A stretch of 64,000 bases of DNA, from assembly GCA_965655095.1 (NCBI GenBank), contig OZ296655.1, forward strand, positions 34,844,001-34,908,000, written 5' to 3'. Origin of the DNA: Haplodiscus bocki (Eukaryota). The notes under the pieces were generated by a model, which saw only the letters and a program-made list of their open reading frames with translations, ran no database searches and had not been told where the DNA came from. The position numbers were made by a program, and so were the translations under genes. Positions 1 to 14,218 of the stretch are shown here, piece by piece (within the stretch, counting starts at the first letter, position 1; each line of letters starts with the position of its first letter).

Positions 1-511
1 AATAATTCAAATATACGAAGGTCTTATTTATAGAAAAAACCTCAAGACATCACCATTTAGAAAAGTTATAGACAAATTGTTTGCTTTAGGACAAAAAAGT
101 AAAGAGGACGAAAAAAATTTAATGCAAGAGTTAGTAAAATTAATCATGAATAGTGTATACGGAGTTCAAAACGAAAAGATATGAAAGAATCATAATATTG
201 TAAACCGGAAACTTGGATAAAAACAGAATATGATGAAAACTTATTGGATTATTGGAAATTTCCTAAAGGAAATTATATTGTAAAGATGAAAATAGACAAC
301 GGATTAGATGATGATTGTGATATTAAAAAAATTTTGCCTCGTCATATGGGAGCTTTTGTTTTAAGTAGTAGTAGGCGAATTATGAAAAGTTTTATCAGAG
401 AAATAGATGGATTTTGCAATAATAATATTTACTATGCACACAACGATAGAATGTATATTGAGAAGAAACAATAGGATGTTTTTGATGAAGCAAATTTGGT
501 TGGAGAGGAAT
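1..511 (+). pseudogene. Protein-primed B-family DNA polymerase (pPolB) fragment, unit A1
   Basis: Motif B ELVKLIMNSVYG (~127-162), LPRHMGAFVLSSSRRIM and a degenerate motif C (YYAHNDRMYI). Confidence 0.88.
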
Positions 512-915
512 TAGATAAATCGGAAAACAGCTTTGTTGTTTTTGACGATATATTGCAATCAAAACAAGAAAGCAATTTTGATCTGTTTTCAACTCGAGGT
601 AGACATCAAAATATTGATATAAACTACATATCTCAAAGCTGTCTTCACCTCCCTAACAATACTAATCCTAAAAAATCTAATATATTTATTTTTTTTAAAC
701 AAACTCTAAAAGATATCATATTATTATTTCAAGATATAGCTGGATTAGGTATGAATCTAGGGGAATGGAAACAGCGTTCTCGTAAAGCTTGGCTAAATGA
801 TTATGATTATTGACAAATAGACAGATTTGCCAAAATAGGAAAGAGTAGGTATACTATTAGAACTTGTAATGAAACTACTTACATAGAATGCACCCCTGAG
901 ACTAAACCTTTCCAG
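512..915 (+). pseudogene. A32/FtsK-like packaging ATPase, C-terminal half, unit A1
   Basis: Walker B FVVFDD and RGRHQNIDINYISQS. Walker A is absent because the gene is joined to pPolB. Confidence 0.88.
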
Positions 916-929
916 TTTTTATATATAAA

Positions 930-1769
930 TATATAAAATTCAATAAAAAATAAAAAGTGGAATAAAAGATTTACATGGCTTAGATGATCTACAATCAAAA
1001 TTAAATTAAGTTAGATTGGCTGAAAATTCAGGTAAACAAGGTTTTCATTATGATGTAAGAGAACTAGTCGAACCGATTACAAAAAATTAACAGATACAAG
1101 TCAAAAATAACTTGAGGAGACCAGATTAATTGCAAAAGCAATTGAGAATCTGGATGAATCACATAAATACGTTAAAACTTTAGAGTCAATGAATAAAAAA
1201 GGAGTAATTCAATCAACTTTGATTAGATCTATATGAAAACTCTTAGTACCGAAAATTAAAAATCATTTTCGATTATGAGATGGGCCTGATAAAGACAGTT
1301 GGAATGATTATAAAATGAATGGAGAAAAAGTTACATTATACGATGATAAGGTTCTTTTTAAAGACACTGGTGTACTTTTTGCGTTAAAAGGAGAAATTCT
1401 CTCAATGATAATTGATTATGATTTCAATAAAACACATTCACCTGATGCCAATCAATTTATTAATTTTTTTGGTTGAAATGCGTTTTGACATAAATGCAAA
1501 CGATAAAAGTTCTAGATATAAAACTTCATTGAAAAAATTAGTTTAATAAAATAGCTATTTTAGCATCTGGGTAAAAAACCATTTTCCTCCCAAAAAATCC
1601 AAATGAAAGATATGATAGATCAAAAATATTATTGCAGGAGAAACAAGCTGGAAATACTTCAAACATAGTTTTTGAAGAAATTGTTGCTATAGGTGATAAA
1701 TTATTAGAATACAAAGGTATTACTCCAACTCAACACAAAAAATTTATTCAAAAACTTAGTCTTATATAA
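930..1769 (+). pseudogene. Conserved Polinton ORF X (unknown function), unit A1
   Basis: Homologous to 10386-11217 and 47449-48137. Ends LLQEKQAGNTSNIVFEEIVAIGDKLLEYKGITPTQH. Confidence 0.6.
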
Positions 1770-1799
1770 CATAACATAAGTTTTTTTTACTTATAAAAT

Positions 1800-3046
1800 T
1801 GTTTAACATATCACAAAAACATGCTTTTGACAGACCCATTCTCAAATGTGGTTTTATTAGATATACTCCATTTTCGTTATACCTTGTAACATGAGAAAAA
1901 AAGTTTATTGATATACCCGGAGAAGATAGTCATATTTCTTTGAAAGATAGTTATCTTGAATTAAATTTTAATGTAACTCATACATCTGGTGCTCATGCTC
2001 GGTATGCAGATGGTGATCATCTATGATTAGTACGTTTAGATCCTGTTGCATTACTTAATAAATACAGATTGAGAAGTTCAAGTATGAAGGAAGTGAATGA
2101 AATAGACAATGGTCATGTTATTTGTTTAATGCGCAAATTAATATCGAGTAGCACACTTAGTGACGATTTATCAATTGGTTTTCATCGAAGTAACGAAGCT
2201 CGAGAAAAAGATTTGAATAATGATAAAACAACCGAAGGAAACTATCATGTTAGAATTTATTTAAAAGATACATTCCGTTTTGCAGGCACCAAGAGAATTG
2301 CACTTACGGCTTGGAATAAATGTTGGTGTTGCAGAGAAATAATGTTAATCATGTATTGATTCATTGGGCTGGAGCAAAAAATGCAGACAATCTTGCTTTG
2401 GCTGGAAAAGTTATTATACAGGATCTCAGTTGGTATATCCCACATTATACTCCAAATATATCAAATCAGAAATTAATGTTAGGACATATTGTATCGAAAG
2501 CTCCAAATGAAATATCATTTAACAAAAGATCATCTTTTGTGAAGGATGTGACTACTGAAAACAACTGGACAACTGGACCTTTGAGCAGGGCGTTGGACAT
2601 GGTATTGATAAATTCAATCAACAACATCAAATTAATGATTCATTTAATAGACCAAGTGTAGTAAATGGTCAATGCAATGTTGGAACTGAAAATTTCTCGG
2701 ATGCAGGAATAAATTTTAATTATGCTTTTGGTAAATATTCTCAAGCGTATGGTGAAACTGTTTCATTTTTCAGACATTTAGCTAAAATAATATTTTACAA
2801 CCGTTTTTTACGCAAAAAGATATTGTAACTTGTAATAATTGTCCGGATGGTAAGCCTGGTGACAAATTATATCTTTTTGATATACGTCATCATCAAGATT
2901 ATTGTTATGCTCAACCTATCAAAGTAAGGCTTGATTTCAGACCAGCCGTTCCAGCAGCAACAAATTTATTCGGATATGCTCTTTTATTAACGTGTAAATT
3001 AATGTCAATGAGTAGTGATGGACAAAGACAGTTTGATTTGATCTAA
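1800..3046 (+). pseudogene. Double jelly-roll major capsid protein, unit A1
   Basis: ISLKDSYLELNFNV, DLSWYIPHYTP and a C-terminal SSDGQRQFDLI*. About 1.25 kb, located between ORF X and the integrase. Confidence 0.75.
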
Positions 3047-3896
3047 GTGATATTTAAGTTTTTCAAAAGTTGTTTATTTCCTTTCGTAGTTATGTCTGTT
3101 TTTTTTTCAACAACGCTTCGTTATAACGCTCTGGTAATTTGTCAATGCGATAAGTCGGTATTGTATATTAAATAACTTCTGTAATTTCATATAATTTATA
3201 AGACGAGTGAGTCATATCAGATTTCGGAAACCTTACTTTAAATCTGCTGTTCTAACGAGATCGTTCACTTGAAACTTTGGTTTTACTTTCTTTCTTTGGT
3301 CTAATATATTCCGGAAAACGAATCTTTCATTTTTTTTAAACTAGCTTCAATCGGCGTCAACTTAGTCGATGAATGTATTCTATTATTATATTGTTTCGTT
3401 TTTGTAGTTAATACATCAATCCAATTGCTTTCACTCTTTTCAAAAACCGGGTTTTTATGTAGATCTCTTTCAGTACAATTAAAGCGTTCGGAAAAACAAC
3501 TCCATGGTGTGTATTTCTAGAATGATGTTTAATAAAATTTTGACTCAAGAAATTTTGATAAATTTTGTTGTAAAATTCCTTTCGTCTGTCTGTTTCGATT
3601 ATATTTGGTGTTCTTTTTGAAATTAAAGGATTTTTTTCAAAAGAGTCTTTTGTTGTTGTTTGAGCATCTTTATTTTTCAAAGGAACTGTCCATCCAGATT
3701 TTGAAAAATTGTCGATTACATCTAAATAATAACTATAACCACTCTTGTTTTCAGAACGATAGTCTTTTTAATCTAAAATGTCTGAACTCCAAAAGTTATC
3801 AGTGTAATAAACGTCTGTTTTGTTTGTGGGCTAAATCTTTTTGGGTGGTTTGGAGTAAATTTCGTTTATATATATTTTGATTGTTTTCTGAGTCAT
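3043..3896 (-). pseudogene. Retroviral-type (rve) integrase, unit A1
   Basis: KNKDAQTT..KRTPNIIETDRRKEFYN, HHSRNTHHGVVFxERFN, HSSTKLTP and KPKFQVNDLVRTAD. Confidence 0.88.
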
Positions 3897-4327
3897 TTAT
3901 ATCTGAGAATATCCAAGAATTTTTCAAATTCTCTAATCTCAGGAAATAACTCTGCACCGCAAATTGAATGATCCTATCTTTCGACGTTTTAATCATATTC
4001 GTAGAAATTGTCAGGTATTGGATCACCATATCAATATTATCAAGCCAAAATTTAATTCTGTTCTGGAGAGTATCAACTTGATCACCTTCACTTGGGTCTT
4101 GAAGACTGATTTTTATATAAATCTTGTTTAATTTGAGCTATCGTAGTGTCTTTATAACCAAATCTAAAAACAGCATCATCATCATCAGGATTGAGGGTGA
4201 CATAGTCTTTCATATTTGTAACCAACATAATATATGTTTTCAAAAGTCCACACAACGTTAAATCAACTTAGCTTCCAAAAATCATCTCCCAAATTACATT
4301 CTCAAGTATAATACCTTCTTCTTTAGT

Positions 4328-5339
4328 GAAGATGGTCATAATTCTCTGAAAGGTAGTTATCTTGAATTCGATTTTAATGTAACTCATAAAGCTGGTGCTC
4401 ATACTCGGTATGCAGATGGTGATCATACAAGATTAGTAAATTTAGGTCCTGTCGCATTATTTAAAATATACAGATTGACAAGCTCAAGTGGAAAAGATAT
4501 TTTCATGTTAGAATTTATTTAAAGGATACTTTCGGTTTTGCAGAGCTTCAAGATAATTGCACCTACGGCTTGGGATATAAGTTGGCGTTGCAGAGAATTA
4601 ATGATAATCATGTGTTAAATCATCGACCCGGAGCAACTAATGCAGATAACCTTGTTTTGGCTGAAAAAGTTTTTATACAGGATCTCAGTTGGTATATCCC
4701 ACATTATACTCCAAATTAACCCAATCAGAATTTAATGTTAGGACATATTGTATCTAAAGCTCCAAATGAAAGATCATATATCAAAAGATCCTCTTACGTG
4801 AAAGATGTGACTACTGAAAACAACTGGACAACTGGAACTTTGAGCTGGGTGTTGGAGATGGTATTGATATACCTATTTATGTAATAGTAGGATTTATGCA
4901 AAAGGATCCATTCAATCAACAACATTAAAATATTGATTCATTTCGTAGCCCAAGTGTAGTAAATGCTCAATGCAATATTGGAAGTGAAAAGTTCCCGGAT
5001 GCAGGAGTAAACTTTAAATATGCTATTGATAAAAATTCTCAAGCATATGGTGAAATTGTTTCATGTTTCAGATATTTAGCTAAAAATATTATCTTACAAC
5101 CGTATATTACGCAAAACGATACTGTAACTTCTAATAATTATCCAGATGGTTACCCTGGTTATAATTTTTTTTGATATACGTCATCATCAGGATTATACTT
5201 CTGCTCAACCTATCAAAGTAAGGTTTGATTTCAGACCAACCGTTCCAGCAGCAACAAATTTATCCGGATATGCTCTTCTAATAACGAAAAAAAAGTGTCA
5301 GTGAGTCGTGATGGACAAAGGCAATTCGATTTGATCTGA
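4328..5339 (+). pseudogene. Major capsid protein, 5'-truncated duplicate with internal deletion
   Basis: Nearly identical to 11377-12394. Begins abruptly inside ORF Y at ctttagtgaagatggtc. Confidence 0.75.
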
Positions 5340-6188
5340 GTGATATTTAGGTTTTTCAAAAGTTTTTTGTTTTCGTTCGTAGTTAATTCTGTCTTTCTCA
5401 ACAAGGCTTCGTTGTAACGCTCTGCTAAAGTGTCAATGCGAAAAGTCGGTATTGTATGAAAAAGAATTTCTGTAATTTTTGATAATTTATAAGACGAGTG
5501 AGTCATATCAGATTTCGAAAACGCATTCTTTATATCTGCTGTTCTAACGAGATCGTTTACTTGAAATTTTTGGTTTTACTTTCTTTTAGTCTGTCTAGTA
5601 TGTTCTGGAAAACGATTTTTTCATTCTTTTTTAAACTACTTGAATCGGCGTCAACTTAGCCGATGAATGTATTTTAATATTATATTGTTTCGTTTTCGTA
5701 GGTAATACATCAATCCAATTGCTTTTATTCTTTTCAAAAACCGGCTTTTTAAGTCGAACTCTTCTAGTGCAATTAAACTCATCGGAAAAAACAACTCCTT
5801 GGTGTGTTTTTCTAGAATAATGTTTAGGGTTATTTTTATTCAAAAAATTTTGAAAAACATTGTTGTGAAATTGCTTTCCTCTGTCTGTTTCGATTAAATT
5901 TGGTTTTCTTTTCGAACTTATGAGATTTTTTTCAAAAAAGTTTCTTTTTGTTTGAGCTTTTTTATTTTTCAAAGGAACTGTCCATGCAAATTTCGAAAAT
6001 TTGTCGAGAACAACTAAAACATATCTACAACATCTATTGTTTTCAGAACCATAATCTTTTAAATCTAAAATGTCTGTACTCCAAATGTTATCAATGTAAT
6101 AAACGTCTGTTTTGTTTGTGGGCTAAATCTTTTTGGGTGGTTTGGAGTAAGTTTTGCTTCTATAAACTTTGATTGCTTTCTGAGTCAT
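5336..6188 (-). pseudogene. rve integrase, second copy
   Basis: ORF 5631-5972: KRKPNLIETDRGKQFHNNVFQNFLNKNNPKHYSRKT..WIDVLPTKTKQYN. Confidence 0.88.
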
Positions 6189-6816
6189 TTATCTAAGAAG
6201 ATCCAATAATTTTTTAAATTCTCTTATATCGGGAAATATCTCTGCACCGCGAACAAAATGATCCAATCCTTCTTCGTTATAATCATTCTCGTAAAGATTA
6301 TTAGGTTTTGGATACCCACATCAATAATAATAAGCCAAATATTAATTCTGTTCGGGAGAGTATCAATTTGATCACTTTCACCTTGATCTTGAAGACTAAA
6401 ATTTTTGTTAATTAAATCTTGTTTAAATTGAGCTATCGTACTATCCTATAACCATATCTAAAATCAGCATCGTCATCATCAAGATCGAGCGTGGCATAGT
6501 CTTTCATATTTGTAACCATCATAATATATGTTTTCAAAAATCCACACACCGGTAATTCATCTTCACTTGCAAAAATCATCTCCCAGAAAGATTTCTCAAG
6601 TATGTTACCTTCATCTTTAGTGAGTTTTCTTTGTGGAAAATGTGCTGGCCACTAACCATTCACTTCTCGATGTAAATGCCTATACTAGAATAAAGCTGTT
6701 TATTCCATCGTTCTTCAGTTATGAACCTGTCACAAATTTGACAATATATGTCGTTAAAGATTGCCACTTTCGTATTAATATGAATCTATTCAGTTTTTAA
6801 AAAGTTACCTTTCCAT
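6189..6816 (-). pseudogene. ORF Y, zinc-finger protein of unknown function
   Basis: NDIYCQICDRFITEERWNKQLYSSRHLHREVNG. Other copies at 13243-13879 and, truncated, 3897-4330. Confidence 0.5.
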
Positions 6817-6819
6817 AAT

Positions 6820-7100
6820 TCGTGTTAATTCTTCTACTTTATTATTAATCTCTTCTATTTGATGTGTATGAGGTTTTCCATTCGGCTTATTTGTTTTAGA
6901 CGTTCCAAGTAACTTGTCTCTATTTTTTTCATAGAATTTTTTTCATTGATTTGATAATTTAGCTTTTTGTTCATAGTAACCTTTTAAACTTCTTTGAGAA
7001 TTACACTGTTTATGTTCTCTATATCTTCGTAAAAATTATCAAAACTTTTTTCAGTCTTGCAAATAACACAAGATTTAATCTCGTTTTATTTTAATATGTT
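6820..7100 (-). pseudogene. ORF Z, small CxxC zinc-ribbon/basic protein
   Basis: CVICKTEKSFDNFY. Homologues at 13885-14160 and 48460-48790. Confidence 0.5.
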
Positions 7101-7156
7101 TCTGTTGAGTAGATATTTTTTTTCATTAACTTCCTTCGTGATAGAAAAATAGTGTA

Positions 7157-9968
7157 ATGGACAAAACTCAATTAGCTGAAAAACAAAACTAAATTAAAAA
7201 AGAAAAAACAATAAGAATTATTTTTAAAAAAGAATTTTAATTGGAAAACAATGAATCAAATAAAAAAATAAAACAAAAAGAAAGAAAACAAAAAAGAGAG
7301 AACATAATAAATGAAGATATTGATTCATGTAGGTTTTTTTAATTGGCAACCTCCAACCAAGTACATGTTAACAGATTGAATCTACACTAAGTCAAAAACA
7401 AAATTTTACTAGATTATAAAGGTGATTTTGAGTTGAATGGATTAATGGTTATTGGACTTGTTGAACAGAAAACAAATTTTATATTCAGAAATATGGATGA
7501 TTTTGAAAGTTTTATAAATGCAACAGATATTGATTATGATAGCGAAGATGTTACGTTTACTGGGTATGTTTATAACTTCAATACACCTCAGTTCAATGTT
7601 GTTAATCGAAGTGCTTACGCTGAAGGTACTAATTATGGGCAAGAAATTGATGAATATTTTGGACAAAACTGTTATATTCCTACAAGTGTTCACTGTTTTT
7701 TAAAATCTTGTAATTATTTCACACAAAAAGAATATGCAGAAGAACTTTTAACTTTCATTTGAACTGAAAAAAATCGATCAGGTAATGACATCTGCTAGAA
7801 TTCAACCATTCTTTAGAAAACATTACATCACCATCGGTTCTTTAACCGTAAAGAAAAAATTCCTAGAGCTGTTACAGAAAGAAATAAAACATTGTTCATA
7901 CATAATAAAAATTTCTGTTTAACTTGGAAATACAAAATATTATTTTCAATCAAGCAATAAAAGACAAAGTAGAACTAAACTTTAAAGTTGTTGATAATGT
8001 CATACCCGATAAACATGTTCAAAAGTTGATTAAATATGAATACAAACCTAAAAAAGTTCAATCTCCATTAACTAATACAATTTGTATAATTTTGCATGAT
8101 TTAGAGACCTTTAATGAAGTCTGAGTTGTTCCGTATTGTAGTTGTATATATAAACTAAAAAAATTTCAGGTAAATTTTATCGAGATATGTCAGTAAAAAA
8201 TATCAAAAATGTCTGAAAGATTGGGTTGTTTTTGAAGAAACTGATTGTAATAATGAAATGTTAGATCATGTTTTAACATTCAAAAAAGACTCTAAAAGAT
8301 TCAATAACAAGATTGTTGAATATAATCTTTGTTTCATAGCTCACAACGTATCTGGTTCGATAGTTATGTTGTATTAAACAATTTACCCCGTCGGCGAAAT
8401 GTTGTTACTTTAATCAGAAACGGAGCTGGCATTTTCTGACCTAAAACATTTAATGGATTTGTAGATGAAAAGAAAAAAAACCCCACTATGTCCATTTCAG
8501 ATGTGGAAGATATCATATTAATAGTAGTTTGAAAACAACGGTACTAGTTACAAATACAACCAAGTTTAACGAAACAAGAAATGGAACATGATGAATTTTA
8601 TCAAGATAATTGGGAAGAGAAAGAAAACGAGTGGTTACCTCATGTCAAGAACGACGTGTTATCAACTGCTTTCTGTTAGGCTAGATATACAACGGGTATG
8701 GAATTTTTAACTAATTTTGGTATGAAAAACTCTTCAACTTTACCAGGCTTAGCAAATAAAATTTTCATTAGTTTAAGAGATGAGAATGATGAACCAATTT
8801 ACCTTTACGGATCCCTTTATGAGAAATTTTGTTCGAAATTCAGTAAAAGGAGGTAGATGTAATGCTTTTAATCAACCTTATCAATCAAGATTTCAGATGA
8901 AGTGACTAATATTATTTCAAGAGAATTAGACATTAACGGTAACATATGTGAGATTTAAGAAAAGTATTGTGAATTTTTAAACAAGTATAAAAAACTACAT
9001 GCAAAAAAATTTGATTCAAAAGATGATGATTACAGAGATATTAATCAAAAGGAGAAAGAAAAATACATTAACAAAAAGCTTAACATGCTACCAATTCATG
9101 AACAGTTGTCAAAATTAGATTGGAGTAAAACTCAAATGGTTTTTGATGCTACGTGGTTATTTCCTTCTGCTAAATGGGATAAAAGTTCGAAATAGCCTAA
9201 ATTAGAAAGTGGGTTTAATTTTACACCACATATGAATGATGTTTATGTAGAAGCATTCAATAATCAAACTTTTAACCAAGATGGAATCGAGAGTGCAAAT
9301 CTAAAAAAAAAATTATGATCTACCTGATTTGATATTTCAACATCTACCAGTTAAAGAAAAAGTGAAAAAAATAGAAATTTATAGGATGAGAAATGGATAC
9401 ATCCTTGACACTTTAACATCTGTTGATATTCAAGAAAATGTTAAAATTGGAGGAAAAGTAATTCAAATTTACGAAGGTGTTATTTATAGAGAAAACTTCA
9501 ACATACCACCCTTCAGAAAAGTTATAGGAAAGTTGTTTGCTTTAAAACAATAATATAAAGAGGAAAAAATTGATTTTTTGCGAGGGTTATTTAAATTAAT
9601 GAAGAATAGTTTATACGTAGTTCAAATACGAACAGATATTAAAGAATCATACTATTGTAAACCGGAAACTTGGATGAAAACAGAATATGATGAAAATTTA
9701 TTGGATTATTGGAAATTTCCTAATGGAATTATATTGTAAAGATGAAAATAGACAACGGATTAGATGATGATTGTGATATTAAAAATATTTTGCCTCGTCA
9801 CATGGGAGCTTTTGTTTTAAGTAGTAGTAGGCGAAATATGAATAGTTTTATCAGAGAAATACATGGATTTTGCAATAATAATATTCACTATACACACACT
9901 AGTAGTATGTATATTCAAAGACACAGTAGGATGTTTTCGATAAAGTAAATTTGGTTGGAGAAGAATTG
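7157..9968 (+). pseudogene. pPolB, unit A2, C-terminally truncated
   Basis: Exo I LHDLETF, exo II IAHNVSG, EWLPHVKNDVLS, VRNSVKGGRCNAF, motif A FDATWLFPSA, motif B KLMKNSLY and degenerate motif C HYTHTSS. Confidence 0.9.
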
Positions 9969-10368
9969 GAAATTTAAAAAAACAGCATTGTTGTTTTTGA
10001 CGATATGTTGCTATCAAAACAAGGAAGCAATATTGATCTGTTATCCACTCGAGGTAGACATCAAAATATCGATACATACTACAAATCTCAAAGCTATCTT
10101 CACCTCCCTTAAAATACTAATCTTAAAAAATCTAACATATTTATTTTTTTAAAACAAACTCTAAAAGATATCATATTATTTTTTCATGATATAACTGGAT
10201 AAGGTATGAATCTAGAAGAATGGAAACAGCTTTCCCGTATGGCTTGGCTAATTGATTATGGTTATTTACAATTAGACAGATCTGCCAAAATAGGAGAGGG
10301 TAGGTATACTATTAGAACTCGTAATAAAACTATTTTTATAGAATGCACCCCTGAGACAAAACCTTTAT
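9968..10368 (+). pseudogene. Packaging ATPase, C-terminal half, unit A2/A3
   Basis: IVVFDDMLLSKQGSNIDLLSTRGRHQNID. Same fusion point as at ~512. Confidence 0.88.
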
Positions 10369-10385
10369 GAATTTTTTAAATAAAA

Positions 10386-11217
10386 ATGATATATTCATTA
10401 AAAAAATGAATTAAAAGATTCAAATGACTTAGATGACCTACATTCAAAATTAAAACAAGTTAGAGTGGCTGAAAAAATAGGTAAACAACGTTTTCTTTAT
10501 GATGTAAAAGAACTATTCGAGCAGATCACAAAAACATCAACAGATGCAAGTCAAAAATTACTTGAGAACACCAGATTCAACACAGAAGCAATTGATAATC
10601 TGGATGAATCAAATAAAAATGTTACAACTTTAGAGTCAATGATTAAAAAAGGAGTAATTCATTCAATTTTGATTAGATCTATAGCAAAACCGTAAGTACC
10701 AAAAAATAAGAGTCAATTTCGATTGTTAGATGAGCCTGATAGTGATAATTGGAATGATAGGAAAAAGAATGGAGAAAAAAATACATTATACTTTATACCA
10801 TGATAAGATACTTTTTAGAGACACTGGTGTTGTTTTTACGTTGAAAAGAGATTTTCTCTCATTGATAACTGATTATGATTTTAATAAAACACACCCACCT
10901 GATGCGAATCAAATTATTAACTTTCTGGATGACATGAATTTTGATAAACATGCAAAAGATGAAAATTCTAGAGATAAAAACGTCATAAAATACTTTTTGA
11001 AAGAAAGCTATACTAGCATCTGGGTAAAAACTGTTTTTCTTCTAGAGAATCCAAATGAATTATAAGATAGATTAAATTTATTATTGCAGGAGAAACAGGC
11101 TGGAAATAGTTCAAACATATTTAATGCAGAAATTGTTGCTATAAGTGATAAATTATTTGAATACAAATGTATTACTCCAACTCAACAAAAAATATTCAAA
11201 AACTTAATCTTATATAA
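10386..11217 (+). pseudogene. ORF X, second copy
   Basis: Colinear with 930-1769; includes ORFs 10465 and 10730. Confidence 0.6.
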
Positions 11218-11246
11218 CATAACATATGTTTTTTTTACTTATAAAA

Positions 11247-12394
11247 ATGATTAACAAATCACAAAAACATGCTATTGACAGACCCATTCTAAAAGGTGAT
11301 TAAATTAGATAGACTTCACCTTTGTTTAATCTTGTAAATGGAGATAATGTTCAAATTTTCATTGATATACCCATAGAAGATGGTCATATTTCTCTGAAAG
11401 GTAGTTATCTTGAATTCGATTTTAATGTAACTCATAAAGCTGGTGCTCATACTCGGTATGCAGATGGTGATCATACAAGATTAGTAAATTTAGGTCCTGT
11501 CGCATTATTTAATATATACAGATTGACAAGCTCAAGTGGAAAAGATATTATTATGTTAGAATTTATTTAAAAGATACTTTCGGTTTTGCAGAGCTTCAAG
11601 ATAATTGCACCTACGGCTTGGGATATAAGTTGGCGTTGCAGAGAAATAATGATAATCATGTGTTAAATCATCGACCCGGAGCAACTAATGCAGATAATCT
11701 TGTTTTGGCTGAAAGAGTTTTTATACAGGATCTCAGTTGGTATATCCCACATTATACTCCAAATTAACCCAATCAGAATTTAATGTTAGGACATATTGTA
11801 TCTAAAGCTCCAAATGAAAGATCATATATCAAAAGATCTTCTTATGTGAAAGATGTGACTACTGAAAACAACTGGACAACTGGAACTTTGAGCTGGGTGT
11901 TGGAGATGGTATTGATATACCTATTCATGTAATCGTAGGATTTATGCAAAGGGATCCATTCAATCGAGAACATCAAAATAATGATTCATTTCGTAGACCA
12001 AGTGTAGTAAATGCTGCTCAATGCAATAATGGAACTGAAAACTTCCCGGATGCAGGAGTAAACTTTAAATAAGCTATTGATAAAAATTCTCAAGCATATG
12101 GTGAAATTGTTTCATGTTTCAGATATTTAGCTAAAATAATATTTTACAACCGTATAATACGCAAAAAGATACTGTAACTTCTAATAATTATCCAGATGGT
12201 TACCTTGGTTATAATTTAGTTTTTTTGATATACGTCATCATCAAGATTATAGTTCTGCTCAACCTATCAAAGTAAGGTTCGATTTCAGACCAGCCGTTCC
12301 AGCAGCAACAAATTTATTCGGACATGCTCTTTTATTAACGAATAAATTTGTGTCAATGAGTAGTGATGGACAAAGACAATTTGATTTGATCTGA
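11247..12394 (+). pseudogene. Major capsid protein, third copy with internal deletion
   Basis: IFIDIPIEDGHISLKGSYLEFDFNVTHKAGAHTRYADGDHTRLVNLGPVALFNIYRLTSSSGK. Confidence 0.78.
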
Positions 12395-13242
12395 GTGATA
12401 TTTAATTTTTTCAAAGGTTCTTTATTTTTTTCCGTAGTTAATTCCTTCTTTTTCATAAAGGCTTCGTCATAACCTTCCGGTAAATTCTCAATGCGGTAAG
12501 TCGGTATTGTATCATAAATAGTTTCTGTAATTTCATATAATTCATAAAACGGGTGAGTTTTATCAGATTTCGAAAACTTTTCTTGAAATCTGCTGTTCTA
12601 ACGAGAACCTTTACTTCAAACATTGGTTTTATTTTCTTTCGTTTGTCTAATATTTTCTGGAAAACGAATCTTTCATTCTTCTTCAAACTAGCTTGAATCG
12701 GCGTCAACTTAGAAGATGAATGTATTCTATTGTTATATTGTTTCGTTATTGTAGGTAATTCGTCAATCCAATTGCTTTCACTCTTTTCAAAACTGGCTTT
12801 TCAAATAGATCTCTTTTAGTACAAATAAAGCGTTCGGAAAAACAACTCCTTGGTGTGTATTTCTAGAATGATGTTTAATATTTTTTTGATTCAAGAAAGT
12901 TTGATAAATATTGTTGTAAAGTTCCTTTCGTCTGTCTGTTTCGATTAAATTTGGTTTTCTTCTTCAACTTAAAAGATTCTTTTCAAGAGAGTCTTTTGTT
13001 GTTGTTTGAGCATCTTTATTTTTCAAAGGAACTGTCCATCCAATTTTTGAAAAATTGTCGAATACATCTAAACAACAACTATAACCTGTATTGTTTTCAG
13101 AACGATAATCTCTTAAACCTAAAATGTCTGAACTCCAAATGTTATCAATGTAATAAACGTCTGTTTTGTTTGTTGACTAATTCTTTTTGGGTGGTTTGAA
13201 AAAAATTTCGTTTAAATATATTTTGACTGTTTTCTGTGTCAA
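12391..13242 (-). pseudogene. rve integrase, third copy
   Basis: Colinear with 3043-3896 (KPNLIETDRRKE, ERF, LTPIQASLKKNE). Confidence 0.88.
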
Positions 13243-14218
13243 TTATGTCTGAGAAGATCCAAGAATTTTTCAAATTCTCTAATCTCAGGAAATGTCTCTG
13301 CACCGCGAACAGAATGATCCTATCCTTCGTCGTTGTAATCATATTCGTAAAGATTATCAGGTACTGGATCCCCATATCATTAATTTTAGGCCAAAAATTA
13401 ATTCTGTTCTGGAGAGTATCAATTTGATCACCTTCACCTTGATCTTGAAGACTGAAATTTTTGTTTAAAAAACTTGTGTAAATTGAGCTATCGCAGTACC
13501 TATATAACCATATCTAAAATCAGCATCATCATCATCAGGATCGAGTATGACATAGTCTTTTATCTTTGTAACCATCATAATATATGTTTTCAAATATCAA
13601 CACACCGGTAAATCATCTGCACTTCCAAATATCATCTCCCAAAAAGCTTTCTCAAGTTTAATACTTTCATCTTTAGTTAGTTTTCTTTGTGGAAAATAGG
13701 CGGGCCAAAAACCAAAAACCATTCACTTCTCGATGTATTTGCCTACTAGAACAAAGCTGTTTGTTCCATCGTTCTTCAGTTTTGAACCTGTCACAAATTT
13801 GACAATATATGTCGTTAAAGATTGCCACTTTCGTATTAATATGAATCTTTTCAATTTTTAAAATGTAACGTTTCCACAATTCGTGGTAATTCTGTGACTT
13901 TATTATTAATATCTTCTATTTTTTGTGTATGAGGTTTTCTGTTCGGCTGATTTTTTTTTAGACGTTGCAAATACCACATCTCCATTTTTTCATAGTATGT
14001 TTTTCGTTGATTTGATAAATTATCTTTACTTTCATAGTAAAGTTTTGAACTTCTGTCAAAATTACACTGTTTACATTCTCTTCATTTGTTGTAAAAATTA
14101 TCAAAATACTTTTCAGTATTGCAAATAACACAAGATTTACTCTCCATTTAATTTTTATGTTATTATTGATAAGATATTTTTATTTCGAAAAATTTCTTCT
14201 CGTTAAATGAACAGTGTA

